Counted from the stretch's first letter, positions 26,842-36,910 are shown. The stretch is 64,000 nucleotides of DNA from Dehalococcoidia bacterium (GCA_965207225.1 CBDBLV010000004.1:192001-256000); one strand, 5' to 3'. Translations and numbers: made by a program. Notes: a model not told the origin generated them from the sequence alone.

Positions 26842-27549
26842 TTGGCTGACCAGAACAAGTTCAAGTGGGGAATGGTAATAGACATCGATCGGTGCACAGG
26901 CTGTGAGGCCTGCGTGGTTGCCTGTCAGGCCGAGAACAACATCCCCCTTAACGAAGAGGACAGGTTCCACGAGGGCAGGGCCATTGAATGGATCCGCATA
27001 GAGAGGTACTGGGAGGGCGAATACCCGAACGTCAAGGCCAGATTTCTCCCGGTCCTGTGCCAGCACTGCGAAAACGCTCCGTGCGAACCCGTCTGTCCGG
27101 TCTACGCGACCTACCACAACAACCAGGGCATGAACGTGCAGGTGTACAACAGGTGTGTCGGGACCCGGTATTGCGCCAACAACGACCCATACCAGGTGCG
27201 GTTCTTCAACTTCTGGGAGCCGGAGTGGCCCGAGTCGTTGGAAAACCAGCTCAACCCCGACGTCACGGTACGCACACGGGGGCTGATGGAGAAGTGTTCC
27301 TTCTGCATCCAGCGCATCCGCCGCACCGAGCGAGACCTGAAGAACGAAGGAAGAGACCTGAGAGACGGCGAGTTGCAACCGGCCTGCGCCCAGACCTGCC
27401 CCACCGACGCCCTAGTGTTTGGCAACATGAAGGACCCGAACAGTCGGGCGGCGAAGCTGGCAAAAAGTGACAGGCACTACAAGCTACTGGAAACCCTGGG
27501 CGCGGAGCCCAACGTCGTATACCTGAAGAAAGTCGAGCGCGATGGCTAA
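26842..27549 (+). CDS. Four-cluster Fe-S subunit (ActB2/QrcC)
   Basis: CTGCEACVVAC.AENN, CQHCENAPCEPVCP, YNRCVGTRYC, MEKCSFC, PACAQTCP; GGAGG RBS before TTG. Confidence 0.92.
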   Translation: MADQNKFKWGMVIDIDRCTGCEACVVACQAENNIPLNEEDRFHEGRAIEWIRIERYWEGEYPNVKARFLPVLCQHCENAPCEPVCPVYATYHNNQGMNVQVYNRCVGTRYCANNDPYQVRFFNFWEPEWPESLENQLNPDVTVRTRGLMEKCSFCIQRIRRTERDLKNEGRDLRDGELQPACAQTCPTDALVFGNMKDPNSRAAKLAKSDRHYKLLETLGAEPNVVYLKKVERDG

Positions 27550-28981
27550 CGCGGAACACGAAGAACTCCACTCATTAGTGGAGATTCCCCGGCGGACGCC
27601 TCAGCAGGTCAACGAGGACGTCCTGTCCCAGACTTACGCTGCCGGGCCGCGGTTCAAGAAGGCCACCTTCATCTTCGGGGTGTTGGTGGTGGTGGGCGTA
27701 ATCGGCTTCATCATCAAAGCCATGGACGGCTTCGACGACCGCAAGGACTGGGGATACTACGCCGCCATCTTCGCATTCCTGTACACGACGTGCCAGAGCG
27801 CACTCCTGGTATCCATCACAATGCGGCTGGCCAGGACACACTGGCGAAGGCCGCTGGCACGGGTGTCGGAGCTGTTCGCCATAGTCGGCGTGTTCAACCT
27901 GATTATCTTCCTGCCGCTGCTCTGGACCATACCGGAAGCCGAGGGTAGGCAGTCGATCTGGTTTGAATGGCCCTGGGGAGCCCCCAGGCTTCTCGACGCC
28001 CTGGCCATGATATTCCTGACAGTAAATGGACTTGCCCTTCTCTGGGCTTCCTCCATTCCCGACTTGGCGCTGTACGGTCGCAAGTACGGGGGTTTTCGCG
28101 GTGCGATGGCCCGACTCCTCTCCACGGGTTGGAAGGGCACGCCCCGCCAGTGGAACATCCTCAAGGCCGGCCAGGTTGCGCTCGGGACCTTTTACTGGAT
28201 CTTCCTGATAGGCGTCGTATTCATCATTTCCTCCGATTTTTCGATGTCCCTGGTCCCGGGCTGGCTTGACGCAATCTACCCGGCCTTCCAGGCCCTCACC
28301 TGTCTCCAGGCGGGGGTCGCGACTACGATGGTGGCCCTCTACCTCGTGCGCCGCATCGGAGGCCACGAGAACTACATCTACATGGAAGCGTTCTGGGCGC
28401 TGAGCAAGCTCCTCATCGCCTTCACCATGCTTTGGATCTACTTCTGGTTTGCCGGATTCATCACCTTCTGGTATGGACGCAAGCCGGTGGAAGAGAACGT
28501 ACTCCAGTTGATAATGATCGGCCCTTACCGGGTTGCCTTCTACCTGGCGGTGTTCCTGAGCTTCGTGGTTCCCTTCCTGATCCTGATGTGGAACTGGGTG
28601 CGCCGTACCCCCGCAGGCCCGACCATCGCATCGGCGGTGATAATCTGCGGCGTCTTTTTCGACAAGCTGCGGCTTTACGTCGGGTCCTACTCTTTCACCA
28701 ACGAGGAACTCGAGGCCGCCCTGCACCACAACTCGGAATTCGTGAACACGACTTTCGCGGCCACGGGCCCCAACATACCCCACTTCTTCCAGACCAACTG
28801 GCCCGACTTCACCGACATAATGGTCATCATTGGGGGCCTGGCCGTTCCGTTCTTCGCCTACCTTATAGCCACCAAGCTCCTCCCGGTCATATCCATCTGG
28901 GAGACCAAGGAAGGCTACCTGCTGAGTTCGGTGAAGACCATCCTGAAACGAAGATACCTGGTACTAGCCAAGCCCGAGTAA
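27542..28981 (+). CDS. NrfD/PsrC-family membrane subunit, ActF-like paralog
   Basis: About 10 TM helices, WRRPLAR..E, IPDLA, GW.GT.RQW; lacks the H.GRPW motif present in the next gene. Confidence 0.8.
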   Translation: MANAEHEELHSLVEIPRRTPQQVNEDVLSQTYAAGPRFKKATFIFGVLVVVGVIGFIIKAMDGFDDRKDWGYYAAIFAFLYTTCQSALLVSITMRLARTHWRRPLARVSELFAIVGVFNLIIFLPLLWTIPEAEGRQSIWFEWPWGAPRLLDALAMIFLTVNGLALLWASSIPDLALYGRKYGGFRGAMARLLSTGWKGTPRQWNILKAGQVALGTFYWIFLIGVVFIISSDFSMSLVPGWLDAIYPAFQALTCLQAGVATTMVALYLVRRIGGHENYIYMEAFWALSKLLIAFTMLWIYFWFAGFITFWYGRKPVEENVLQLIMIGPYRVAFYLAVFLSFVVPFLILMWNWVRRTPAGPTIASAVIICGVFFDKLRLYVGSYSFTNEELEAALHHNSEFVNTTFAATGPNIPHFFQTNWPDFTDIMVIIGGLAVPFFAYLIATKLLPVISIWETKEGYLLSSVKTILKRRYLVLAKPE

Positions 28982-29002
28982 AGAGGCTAGCGGAGACCCT
29001 TA

Positions 29003-30379
29003 ATGCAAGAACGAGTCCCGGTTCCCGATTCCGAAATAAATCGAGAACTCCTCAGCGGGGTGGAGACCCATCCCAAGTGGTTCTTCCTCACGGTCGCCAT
29101 CCTGGCCCTCATCGTGGCCACCGCGGGCGGTGCCTTGGGGTGGATGATCAACCAGGGGCTTGGGGTCACGGGCCTGAACAGACCGGTGATGTGGGGATTC
29201 TTCATAGCCAACTTTGTGTTCTGGGTCGGGATCAGTCACGCGGGGGTGATGATTTCGTCGATCTTGAGGCTCAGCCAGGCCGAGTGGCGCAGGCCCGTCA
29301 CCCGAGCCGCAGAGGTCCTGACCATCTTCTCGCTGATGACAGCAGCACTCTTCCCCTTGATGCACGCAGGTCGGCCCTGGCGAATAGCCTACTGGATTTT
29401 CCCCTACGACTTCGCCCGCGGCATCTGGCCCAATGTCCGATCTCCCCTGGTATGGGACCCAGCAGCCATATTTACCTATCTAACCGGAGCCACCCTGTTC
29501 GTGTTCATCGCGCTGATACCGGACCTGGCCGTGATGCGGGACCGGAGCACGGGCGTAAGAAAGCAGATATACGGGTTCCTGTCCCTCGGGTTCCGGGGGA
29601 CGCCCCGACAGTGGAGGCTGCAGGCTATTGCGGGAATCCTGCTGTCGGCGCTGATATTGCCGGTATTCGTCTCCGTTCACAGCATAGTGTCCTGGGACTT
29701 CGGGATGGCCATATCGGTGGCGAGCTGGCACACGACGGTCATGGCGCCATACTTCGTTATCGGGGCGGTGCATTCCGGGGTGTCGGCGGTGGTGACGATG
29801 ATGGCCCTGCTGCGCTGGGTCTTCAAATGGGACAACTACATACGTCCCGAGCACTTCGACGGGCTAGCGCGCCTGCTGGTGGTGGTCGGGACTGCGTGGT
29901 TCTACTTCTTCATCCTGGAGTTCCTGTTCGGCCTGTACAGCCAAGAATCGTCAGAAGTAACGCTGAGGAACATGCTGCTCTACGAATGGCCGTGGAACTT
30001 CATGTTCATCGTATTCCTGTTAACATCGTACTTCATACCCATACCCATGTGGTTGTTCAGGGGAGTCAGGCGCAACATCATGCTGATGTTCCTGACATCG
30101 ATACTGGTAAACATAGGTATGTGGCTGGAGAGGTTCCTGATAATCATCCCGGGCCTCATGCGGAAGCAGGAATTCACGTTCGTATGGGCCAACTACAGGC
30201 CGAGCGTGGTTGAGATATTGCTGGTAGTCGGGTCCTTTGCATTCGTTGCCATGATGGTGCTGCTGTTCTCCAAGGTCTTCCCACTGATCCCACTGTTCGA
30301 CCAGAAAGAAGGCAAGGTCCTGGAGGCTACAACTAAAATTGGCAGGCGTGACGTTCCGTCCATCGTCCGAGAAGAGTAA
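29003..30379 (+). CDS. actC: NrfD/PsrC-family quinol-binding subunit ActC
   Basis: NFVFWVGISHAG, R.AE.LT, HAGRPW, PN.RSPLVWD, SVHSIVSWDF, WHTT, GMWLERF. Confidence 0.9.
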   Translation: MQERVPVPDSEINRELLSGVETHPKWFFLTVAILALIVATAGGALGWMINQGLGVTGLNRPVMWGFFIANFVFWVGISHAGVMISSILRLSQAEWRRPVTRAAEVLTIFSLMTAALFPLMHAGRPWRIAYWIFPYDFARGIWPNVRSPLVWDPAAIFTYLTGATLFVFIALIPDLAVMRDRSTGVRKQIYGFLSLGFRGTPRQWRLQAIAGILLSALILPVFVSVHSIVSWDFGMAISVASWHTTVMAPYFVIGAVHSGVSAVVTMMALLRWVFKWDNYIRPEHFDGLARLLVVVGTAWFYFFILEFLFGLYSQESSEVTLRNMLLYEWPWNFMFIVFLLTSYFIPIPMWLFRGVRRNIMLMFLTSILVNIGMWLERFLIIIPGLMRKQEFTFVWANYRPSVVEILLVVGSFAFVAMMVLLFSKVFPLIPLFDQKEGKVLEATTKIGRRDVPSIVREE

Positions 30380-30388
30380 GGTGAAGCC

Positions 30389-30922
30389 ATGACCACATTC
30401 GTACCAAAAAAGAGCGTGCTCGGGGTCTTCCCCGACGCCGATAAAGCGGCCGACGCCGTAGAGGGCCTGCAGTCGAACTCATTTGACGACAAAGAGTTCG
30501 AGATAATGTCCGGGACTCCGTACCCGGAAGGGGCGTTCGGCGAGAAGAAGTCTTCTCACAGGCTGTACGTCTTCCCATTCATCGGTGCGGCCATCGGATT
30601 CACCGTGGCAATCCTTCTTACGACAGCCACCCAGGTCTCCTACCCCATGGTCACGGGCGGGAAGCCCATTCTGTCCATTCCACCGATGGCGATCATCACC
30701 TATGAAGGCACGATGCTGGGGGCGATCATCTTCACGGTGCTGGGGATCATATTCGAGTCCCGCCTCCCAAGAACGAAGATCGGCCTTTATGACGAGCGAA
30801 TCATGGAAGGTTATGTGGGCGTCCTAGTAACCGCCGAGGAGGACCGCATCCCCGTCGCCCAGAACGTACTCAAGGAGGCAGGGGCAGAGTCGATCAAGGA
30901 AGGCGAACCGGTCGGAGTCTGA
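30389..30922 (+). CDS. actD: ActD (DUF3341) subunit
   Basis: YP..TGGKP..S.P....ITYE.T.L motif, two TM helices, position right after actC. Confidence 0.88.
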   Translation: MTTFVPKKSVLGVFPDADKAADAVEGLQSNSFDDKEFEIMSGTPYPEGAFGEKKSSHRLYVFPFIGAAIGFTVAILLTTATQVSYPMVTGGKPILSIPPMAIITYEGTMLGAIIFTVLGIIFESRLPRTKIGLYDERIMEGYVGVLVTAEEDRIPVAQNVLKEAGAESIKEGEPVGV

Positions 30923-30948
30923 CGAGAGGTAGCACCGACTGAAGCACG

Positions 30949-31989
30949 ATGGAATTCCACGTTGGCATGGGAAGAAGTGAGACGATCCACGAGATCGGGC
31001 GGCTGGCGCGCATTGCCGAGGACTCGGGGTTCACGCACATTAACTTCCCTGATCAACCACCACTGAACCGAGACGTATTCCTGAACATGGCCATGGCAGC
31101 CCAGAGCACAACCAAGATAATGATGGGGCCCGGTATCGTCACGCCCTATACATATCATCCAGCGGTAATCGCCAACTCAACTGCTACGGTTGACGAGTTG
31201 TCCGGGGGCAGGGCATTTGTCGGGATTGGGGCCGGGGGAAGCGCAGTTATGAGCATGGGCCTAAAGCCGAGGCCCATGGCTGAACTCCGTGAAGCGGCTC
31301 TGTTCATCAAGAAATTTATGGCGGGCGAAGAGGCAACGTTCAAAGGTGGAAAGACCCACTCCGAGTGGATCCGGCGCTCGGTGCCCATGTATATCGCCGT
31401 GGATGGTCCGAGAGGACATGAGATCGCCGGGGAATTCGCTGATGGCGTGTATGTCCAGAGCGTGCACCCGGAGGTGTTTGAGTGGCGAAAGTCTCTTATT
31501 GAGCGGTCTGCCGTGAAAGTGGGTCGGGACCCGTCCAAGATAAAGATAGTCCCCTCCACCATCGTATACATCACAGACGACAGGGAACGGGCCCGCCGCG
31601 AGGTTGCGCCCCAGGTAGCCTCCAAGCTCAGACGTGCCTTTCCCATGTGGAGAAGCAAACACCCTGACATGGTCGCTCTCAGAGAGCGTCTCAATGAAAA
31701 GGACCCCGGGCTAGTCGATGAGTTGATCCAGGTGGGCGACCGGATAAACGAGGTCTTCGACGAGCACCAGCACGAAAAGGTCGACTCCCCCCAGGCAGAG
31801 CCCGTGACATGGCGGCTCATCGACTATTACTTGCTCGTCGGAACTGAGGACGAGGTGTGCGGTCGAATAGAGGAACTGAAGAGTCGGGGATTGGGGGGTC
31901 TGATGCCGCTCATCTACACGATTGAAGACAAAAAGGCGATGATGCAAGACATCGGTGCCAAGATTATTTCTCGATTCGGGAGCAACTGA
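30949..31989 (+). CDS. Luciferase-like (LLM) oxidoreductase, Mer-like, probably F420-dependent
   Basis: AE..GF......D, GPGIVTPY..HPAV.A...ATVDELSGGRA.VGIGAG, GP...E.AGE.ADG. Confidence 0.88.
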   Translation: MEFHVGMGRSETIHEIGRLARIAEDSGFTHINFPDQPPLNRDVFLNMAMAAQSTTKIMMGPGIVTPYTYHPAVIANSTATVDELSGGRAFVGIGAGGSAVMSMGLKPRPMAELREAALFIKKFMAGEEATFKGGKTHSEWIRRSVPMYIAVDGPRGHEIAGEFADGVYVQSVHPEVFEWRKSLIERSAVKVGRDPSKIKIVPSTIVYITDDRERARREVAPQVASKLRRAFPMWRSKHPDMVALRERLNEKDPGLVDELIQVGDRINEVFDEHQHEKVDSPQAEPVTWRLIDYYLLVGTEDEVCGRIEELKSRGLGGLMPLIYTIEDKKAMMQDIGAKIISRFGSN

Positions 31990-31999
31990 GCAACCAAGC

Positions 32000-32575
32000 A
32001 TGAGAGTGTTAGCCACGATAAGAAGACCGGGACTGAAGTGGGTCCTACTGCTGGCCTTAGTCGGAACCGTGGCCCTGGCCTGCTCCACCGGGACGTATCC
32101 CGTTGACGTCTTCACGGAGATGCACTACCAGCAGTCTTACCGGTCGCAGGAGCCGCCTCGAGTCATGCCGGCGGAAGGGGCAGTGCCGTTTACGGATGAG
32201 TCGATGCCCGTCCGGCCACCGGAGCCCGCTTCCCAAGCCGAAGTGCTGGTAATGGCTAACCCCGTAGAGCCTACGGCCGACAACCTGATCCGTGGACAGC
32301 AGGTGTTCACCCGCAACTGCTCGATGTGCCACGGGGTCACCGGCGAGAGCGACAGCTTCATATCCGTGACCTTCACGTCCATGGACATCAAGCCCCCCGC
32401 GAACTTCGCCGAGGCGGGATCGGTCACTCAAGACGGCAGCTCTGACGGCCTTGCCTTCTGGATCATCTCCGATGGTCTCGGGAACATGCCAGCCTTCCGA
32501 CACCTCCTGTCCTACGAGGACCGGTGGGGCGTCATCCACTATCTGCGTCTTATTGCACAACAGGCCGGACAATAG
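32000..32575 (+). CDS. actE: Monoheme cytochrome c lipoprotein ActE
   Basis: Lipobox VALAC, EMH.Q...R.QE, CSMCHG, G.MP.F...L...DRW..I.Y.R. Confidence 0.85.
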   Translation: MRVLATIRRPGLKWVLLLALVGTVALACSTGTYPVDVFTEMHYQQSYRSQEPPRVMPAEGAVPFTDESMPVRPPEPASQAEVLVMANPVEPTADNLIRGQQVFTRNCSMCHGVTGESDSFISVTFTSMDIKPPANFAEAGSVTQDGSSDGLAFWIISDGLGNMPAFRHLLSYEDRWGVIHYLRLIAQQAGQ

Positions 32576-32580
32576 GGCTT

Positions 32581-33144
32581 ATGTCCCGTGCGCAGGGAGC
32601 GCATCCATCCCGCGCTCCGCTCCCGACCCCAAGCGGCGCTAAGCACCACCTTTCGTTCTTCGCGGCGGTGTTTCTTTCCTTACTCATGGGTCTTGCTGCA
32701 TTCGGCTGTGCCGCCGAAACCCTCACCATCGAAGAGAGGGCCCAGGCAATCGACCAACGGTTGATGTGCCCCGTTTGTCCCGCCGAGACCATCGACCAGT
32801 CCCAAGCCGACGTTGCTATTCAGATGCGAGAGCTTGTGCGGGAAAAGCTCCGGGCTGGCGAAACCGAAGACCAGATATACGACTTCTTCGTGGAACGTTA
32901 CGACAAGGGCGTCCTCGCCGAGCCTCCGGCTGAGGGTTTCAATCTTCTCGTCTGGGTGATTCCGCCCATGGCCCTTGCCCTTGGAGTGGCGTTGGTGTGG
33001 TTTGGGATCAAGCACCTGGGACGGTCTGAACCCCAGCGCATGTCGTCACACGGGGACTGGGAGGCGGAATCCGAGCGTTACCTTCGTGAAGTGAATGAGG
33101 AGTTCGAGGCCTTCAGGGGGGCGTCGGGGGCCTCGGGGCAATAG
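32581..33144 (+). CDS. ccmH: Cytochrome c maturation protein CcmH
   Basis: LMCPVC..ETI..S....A.QMR, I..FFVERY...VL..PP, W..P. Confidence 0.9.
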   Translation: MSRAQGAHPSRAPLPTPSGAKHHLSFFAAVFLSLLMGLAAFGCAAETLTIEERAQAIDQRLMCPVCPAETIDQSQADVAIQMRELVREKLRAGETEDQIYDFFVERYDKGVLAEPPAEGFNLLVWVIPPMALALGVALVWFGIKHLGRSEPQRMSSHGDWEAESERYLREVNEEFEAFRGASGASGQ

Positions 33145-33159
33145 GGGAGAGTTTCCAAC

Positions 33160-35160
33160 TTGGCCGAGCTGGGCACCCTTTCACTGTTCTCTGCGCTGGC
33201 GCTGGCGTTGTATGCGTGCGTTGGCTCGATAATCGGCGTTCGCAGAAACCTGCCCGAGCTGGTAACCAGCGCACGGTACAGCGCCTATTTGACGCCGCTC
33301 CCCGTTATCGTTTCCGTGATGGCGCTGGTCGGTGCGTTCCTATCCCGGGACTTCGACATCAAGTATGTCGCCGAGCACAGCAATGCAGCGATGTCTCGGG
33401 CCTACTCCTGGGTGGCCTTCTATGCAGGGAATGAAGGCTCGATCCTGTTCCTTGCCGCCGCCTTCGCTATATCGGCCGCAATCGCCCTGTCCCTCGCTCC
33501 TCGGCTGCACCAAGCCAGCCTTGCCTATACCTGCGCCGTGATAACAGGCGTTCTGACCTTCTTCCTCGCCGTCCTTGTATTTCTCGCAAACCCCTTCGAA
33601 GTTACCGCCGTATCGGTCCCCGACGGGAGGGGAATGAACCCGCTCCTCACTCACCCTGGCATGTTCGCCCATCCGCCGATGCTGATGACGGGGCTGGTCA
33701 CCGTAACTATCCCTTTCGCCTTTGCAATGGGGTCGCTGCTGGCGGGGAGGACGGGGGACGAGTGGGTGGACACGGGCAGGACGTGGGCACTGGTCTCGTG
33801 GAGCATACTCGGGGCGGGGCTGCTGTTGGGCGGCTGGTGGGCATACACGATTTTGGGGTGGGGTGGGTTCTGGGCATGGGACCCGGTGGAAAACGCCGGA
33901 TTCATGCCCTGGCTGGCGCTAACCGCCTTTGTCCATTCAATCATGGTCCAGAAACGGAGGGGCATGTTCAGGGTGTGGAACATAGCGCTGATCAACGTCG
34001 CCTTCTCCTCGTCATTGCTGGGCATGTTCATCAATCGCGGAGGTCCGACGCCCTCGGTGCACTCCTTCGCCGAGTCGGTGCTCGGGTGGGTGTTCCTGGG
34101 ATTCATGGTGGTCACTGCACTGTTCTCCTTCGGTGTCTTGTTCCGGCGCATGGGTAATCTTCGCAACGCCCAGCGTCTCGAGTCGAAGCTGTCCCGGGAA
34201 TCGGCATTCCTGGTGAACAACCTGCTCTTCCTGGCCATCGCCTTCGTCATCATCTGGGGACAGGTCTTCCCGGTGCTTTCGGATACAGTAACCGGCGTCA
34301 CGATAACCGTGGGCGAGCCTTTCTATAACCAGGTGAACGGGCCTTTGCTGTTGGCGGTGGTCTTCCTGATGGGAATCGGGCCGTTGGTGCCGTGGCGTAG
34401 GGGATCTTTAGGCCAGCTTCGCAGGGCGCTCCTCCTGCCCTTTGTCATCGCCCTAGCAGTGGCCCTTGTTCTTATCGGATTGGGCATAACCAAGGCATTT
34501 CCGCTGCTGGCAGTCGGCCTGTCCGTTGCGGTGGCAGTGGGGATATTCAGGGAGTGGTATCGGGGCACTAGGGCCCGACACCGCAGCGGCGAGGCGTACC
34601 CTTTAGCTTTCGCACGGCTGATCTCAGCGAACCGACCTAGATACGGGGGCTACGTGGTCCACCTAGCCGTAGTAATGATGGCCCTGGCGATAGTCGGGAC
34701 GTATTTCTTCGAAACCCAGCGAGACGTACGCCTCGCCCCGGGCGAAACGGCGGAGGTGTCGGACTACAGCATCACTTACATAGAGAGCGAGCAACGAGAC
34801 TTCCCGGATAGGGCGCAGAGAATAGCCACTGTTGAGTTTTTCGATGAGGACGGCAAGTCGCTCGGTCTATTCAGACCGGAGCAGTCCTTCTATCCCGCCT
34901 TCAACCTTCGCCCCGCCCGTGCAGCCATCCACTCCACGCCGTTGGAAGACGTATACGTCATCCCCAACGACTTCTTCCCGGATGGGACGGTGGGGTTCCG
35001 CATCCTGGTGAACCCGCTGGTTATGTGGATGTGGATTGCGGGCCCGGTCATGGTGCTGGGCACTTTGATCGCCCTGTGGCCGGCTAGGCAGAGGGCTCGG
35101 GCGCCGGCGTCCATCGCAATGCCTCCCGTGACCCGGGCCTACGTACCTGCGGCCGAGTGA
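33160..35160 (+). CDS. ccmF: Cytochrome c heme lyase CcmF
   Basis: G.NPLL.HPGM..HPP, WAY..LGWGGFWAWDPVENA, SVHSFA, SRE..FL.NN. Confidence 0.95.
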   Translation: MAELGTLSLFSALALALYACVGSIIGVRRNLPELVTSARYSAYLTPLPVIVSVMALVGAFLSRDFDIKYVAEHSNAAMSRAYSWVAFYAGNEGSILFLAAAFAISAAIALSLAPRLHQASLAYTCAVITGVLTFFLAVLVFLANPFEVTAVSVPDGRGMNPLLTHPGMFAHPPMLMTGLVTVTIPFAFAMGSLLAGRTGDEWVDTGRTWALVSWSILGAGLLLGGWWAYTILGWGGFWAWDPVENAGFMPWLALTAFVHSIMVQKRRGMFRVWNIALINVAFSSSLLGMFINRGGPTPSVHSFAESVLGWVFLGFMVVTALFSFGVLFRRMGNLRNAQRLESKLSRESAFLVNNLLFLAIAFVIIWGQVFPVLSDTVTGVTITVGEPFYNQVNGPLLLAVVFLMGIGPLVPWRRGSLGQLRRALLLPFVIALAVALVLIGLGITKAFPLLAVGLSVAVAVGIFREWYRGTRARHRSGEAYPLAFARLISANRPRYGGYVVHLAVVMMALAIVGTYFFETQRDVRLAPGETAEVSDYSITYIESEQRDFPDRAQRIATVEFFDEDGKSLGLFRPEQSFYPAFNLRPARAAIHSTPLEDVYVIPNDFFPDGTVGFRILVNPLVMWMWIAGPVMVLGTLIALWPARQRARAPASIAMPPVTRAYVPAAE

Positions 35161-35173
35161 CGAGGGCAGGCTC

Positions 35174-35653
35174 ATGGTTATTGCAATCGGCGTTCTCATT
35201 GCCCTGGTATGCCTGGGGGTAGCTGCGGCGCCTTTCATGAAGTACCGGCGGTCTCGTCAGACCGTGGACCCAACAGAGGTAGTAGCGGGGCTGGAGGGGC
35301 AACGCCAGCAGATTTACCGGGAAATGTTGACGTTGGCAGAGGGGTATCGGGCGGGGTCTGTACCGGAACCCGAATTCAACTCTGTAAGCGAAACTCTGAG
35401 AAGGCGGGCCGCTGAGAACTTATGGCTCCAGCGCCGGTGGGAAGAGAGGCTTGCGGATCTGGACGAGGCGCTGGAAGCTATCATCTCCCAAGTGGGCTTT
35501 ACCGCGCATGGGCAGACAGGCGATGAGAAGGAGTCATTAGACCCTTGCCCGGAGTGCGGGGCTCGGCTGTCAGTAGATGCCACCACTTGCCTGCAGTGCG
35601 GAACAGAGCGGGATAGCGCCCGACCTGTGTCGGGGGGGAGGGCTTCGAATTGA
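35174..35653 (+). CDS. CcmI-like membrane-anchored protein with C-terminal Zn ribbon
   Basis: N-terminal TM, helical segment, CPECG...CLQCG; directly after ccmF. Confidence 0.7.
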   Translation: MVIAIGVLIALVCLGVAAAPFMKYRRSRQTVDPTEVVAGLEGQRQQIYREMLTLAEGYRAGSVPEPEFNSVSETLRRRAAENLWLQRRWEERLADLDEALEAIISQVGFTAHGQTGDEKESLDPCPECGARLSVDATTCLQCGTERDSARPVSGGRASN

Positions 35654-36867
35654 CCGTTGACCGGTTTAGGCGCCCTCTTCTGGTCCTCTCCTTCGCCATC
35701 GCGATGTTCCTTCTCGCTGCAATGCCCGCCTGGGCCGACGATCACGAGATCAGCGGTCGGGTCATCAACCTGACCCCCGATGCCGACCCCCCTGCCGGAC
35801 TTCAGGTCGTATTGACAATCTTCGAAGGCACTGAACCCATTGGACAGCTCGCTACAACCACCGACGAAAACGGCTCCTTTATCTTTGGAGAGATTCCCAG
35901 GCTGGCGGGGCTGGGATACTTATTCCAACTCCAGTATCAGGGCGCTCAGTACAGGTTCCAGCTTGATCCCGGGGCAACGATTCCAGTACAAATCGCCATA
36001 TACGAACCGACCTCGGAGCTGTCATCCCTGTCGGTTCTGGACGATACGATCATGGTGACCCGGGAGCCGGGGCAATACGAGCAGCTGACCGTGCGGCAGG
36101 TCGTCCGGGTGCGCAACGAGACTCTTGAGACTTTCGTACCTTCCTTCGGGGACGCCGGCGCCGGGATGATGAATTTCCTCCGGATCTCAATGCCTGCCGG
36201 ATTCCGGGAAATGACCGTCAGGAGCGATCTGCAGGGAGGGCAGGTTATCCCCGTGGACAGGGGTGTGGGAATAACCACGGCAATTCCCCCGGGGATTCAC
36301 GCCATCGTCTTTGCCTATGCTGCTCCATACGACCAGTCCGACCTGATTTTTGAACCGCTTTATCCGCTGGGCGCGGACTCGGTGCGGGTGCTTGTGCGGG
36401 AGGACGTAGGCCAATTGATAGGGCCGGATATCCGGGAGGAGGAGTCTGTGATCGTCTCCGGGAGCAACTTCCGCGTTTACAGCGTCGAAGAAGTTACGGC
36501 GGGAGACAGGGTAAGTCTAGGGTTCACCGACCTTCCCCAAGCCCCCTGGACCACAACCCTGGCCGACGCGTTTACAGCGGAGTGGCAGATCACGGCGGTG
36601 ATTCCCGGTGTCACCGCCTTGCTCTTGCTGCTATTTCTCGCTTATGCGTGGAGGCTGCAAAAGAGAGATCCGCGCCCCGTCGATCCTGCGGTGTTCCTCG
36701 AAAACGTCCAGAGCCAGCCCGACCAGATGGAACTGGTGGAGAGGATTGCCGAGCTTGACGGGCGTCGGGAGAGGGGTGAAGTATCGGAGGAGGACTACAC
36801 GCAGCGCAGGACGCTTCTGAAGCGCAGCCTGCTCTCGCGTGCACTTAGGAGCGCGTCCTCGGCCTGA
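35650..36867 (+). CDS. Exported beta-sandwich protein with C-terminal TM and SHOCT-like tail
   Basis: Signal peptide (AWA), ISG.V.N.T and TTDENG.F.F carboxypeptidase-regulatory-like domain, C-terminal TM, 'IAELD...E.G......Y'. Confidence 0.75.
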   Translation: MTVDRFRRPLLVLSFAIAMFLLAAMPAWADDHEISGRVINLTPDADPPAGLQVVLTIFEGTEPIGQLATTTDENGSFIFGEIPRLAGLGYLFQLQYQGAQYRFQLDPGATIPVQIAIYEPTSELSSLSVLDDTIMVTREPGQYEQLTVRQVVRVRNETLETFVPSFGDAGAGMMNFLRISMPAGFREMTVRSDLQGGQVIPVDRGVGITTAIPPGIHAIVFAYAAPYDQSDLIFEPLYPLGADSVRVLVREDVGQLIGPDIREEESVIVSGSNFRVYSVEEVTAGDRVSLGFTDLPQAPWTTTLADAFTAEWQITAVIPGVTALLLLLFLAYAWRLQKRDPRPVDPAVFLENVQSQPDQMELVERIAELDGRRERGEVSEEDYTQRRTLLKRSLLSRALRSASSA

Positions 36868-36910
36868 ATCCAGGCAATTGACCGGCAATCCCTTCGGAAG
36901 AGTCTTAGAT

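Noticed and set aside
28432-30213. 593-aa alternative-frame ORF across the two NrfD genes
   Set aside because: Arg/Pro/His-rich off-frame translation overlapping two intact conserved genes; no frameshift is needed to explain them.
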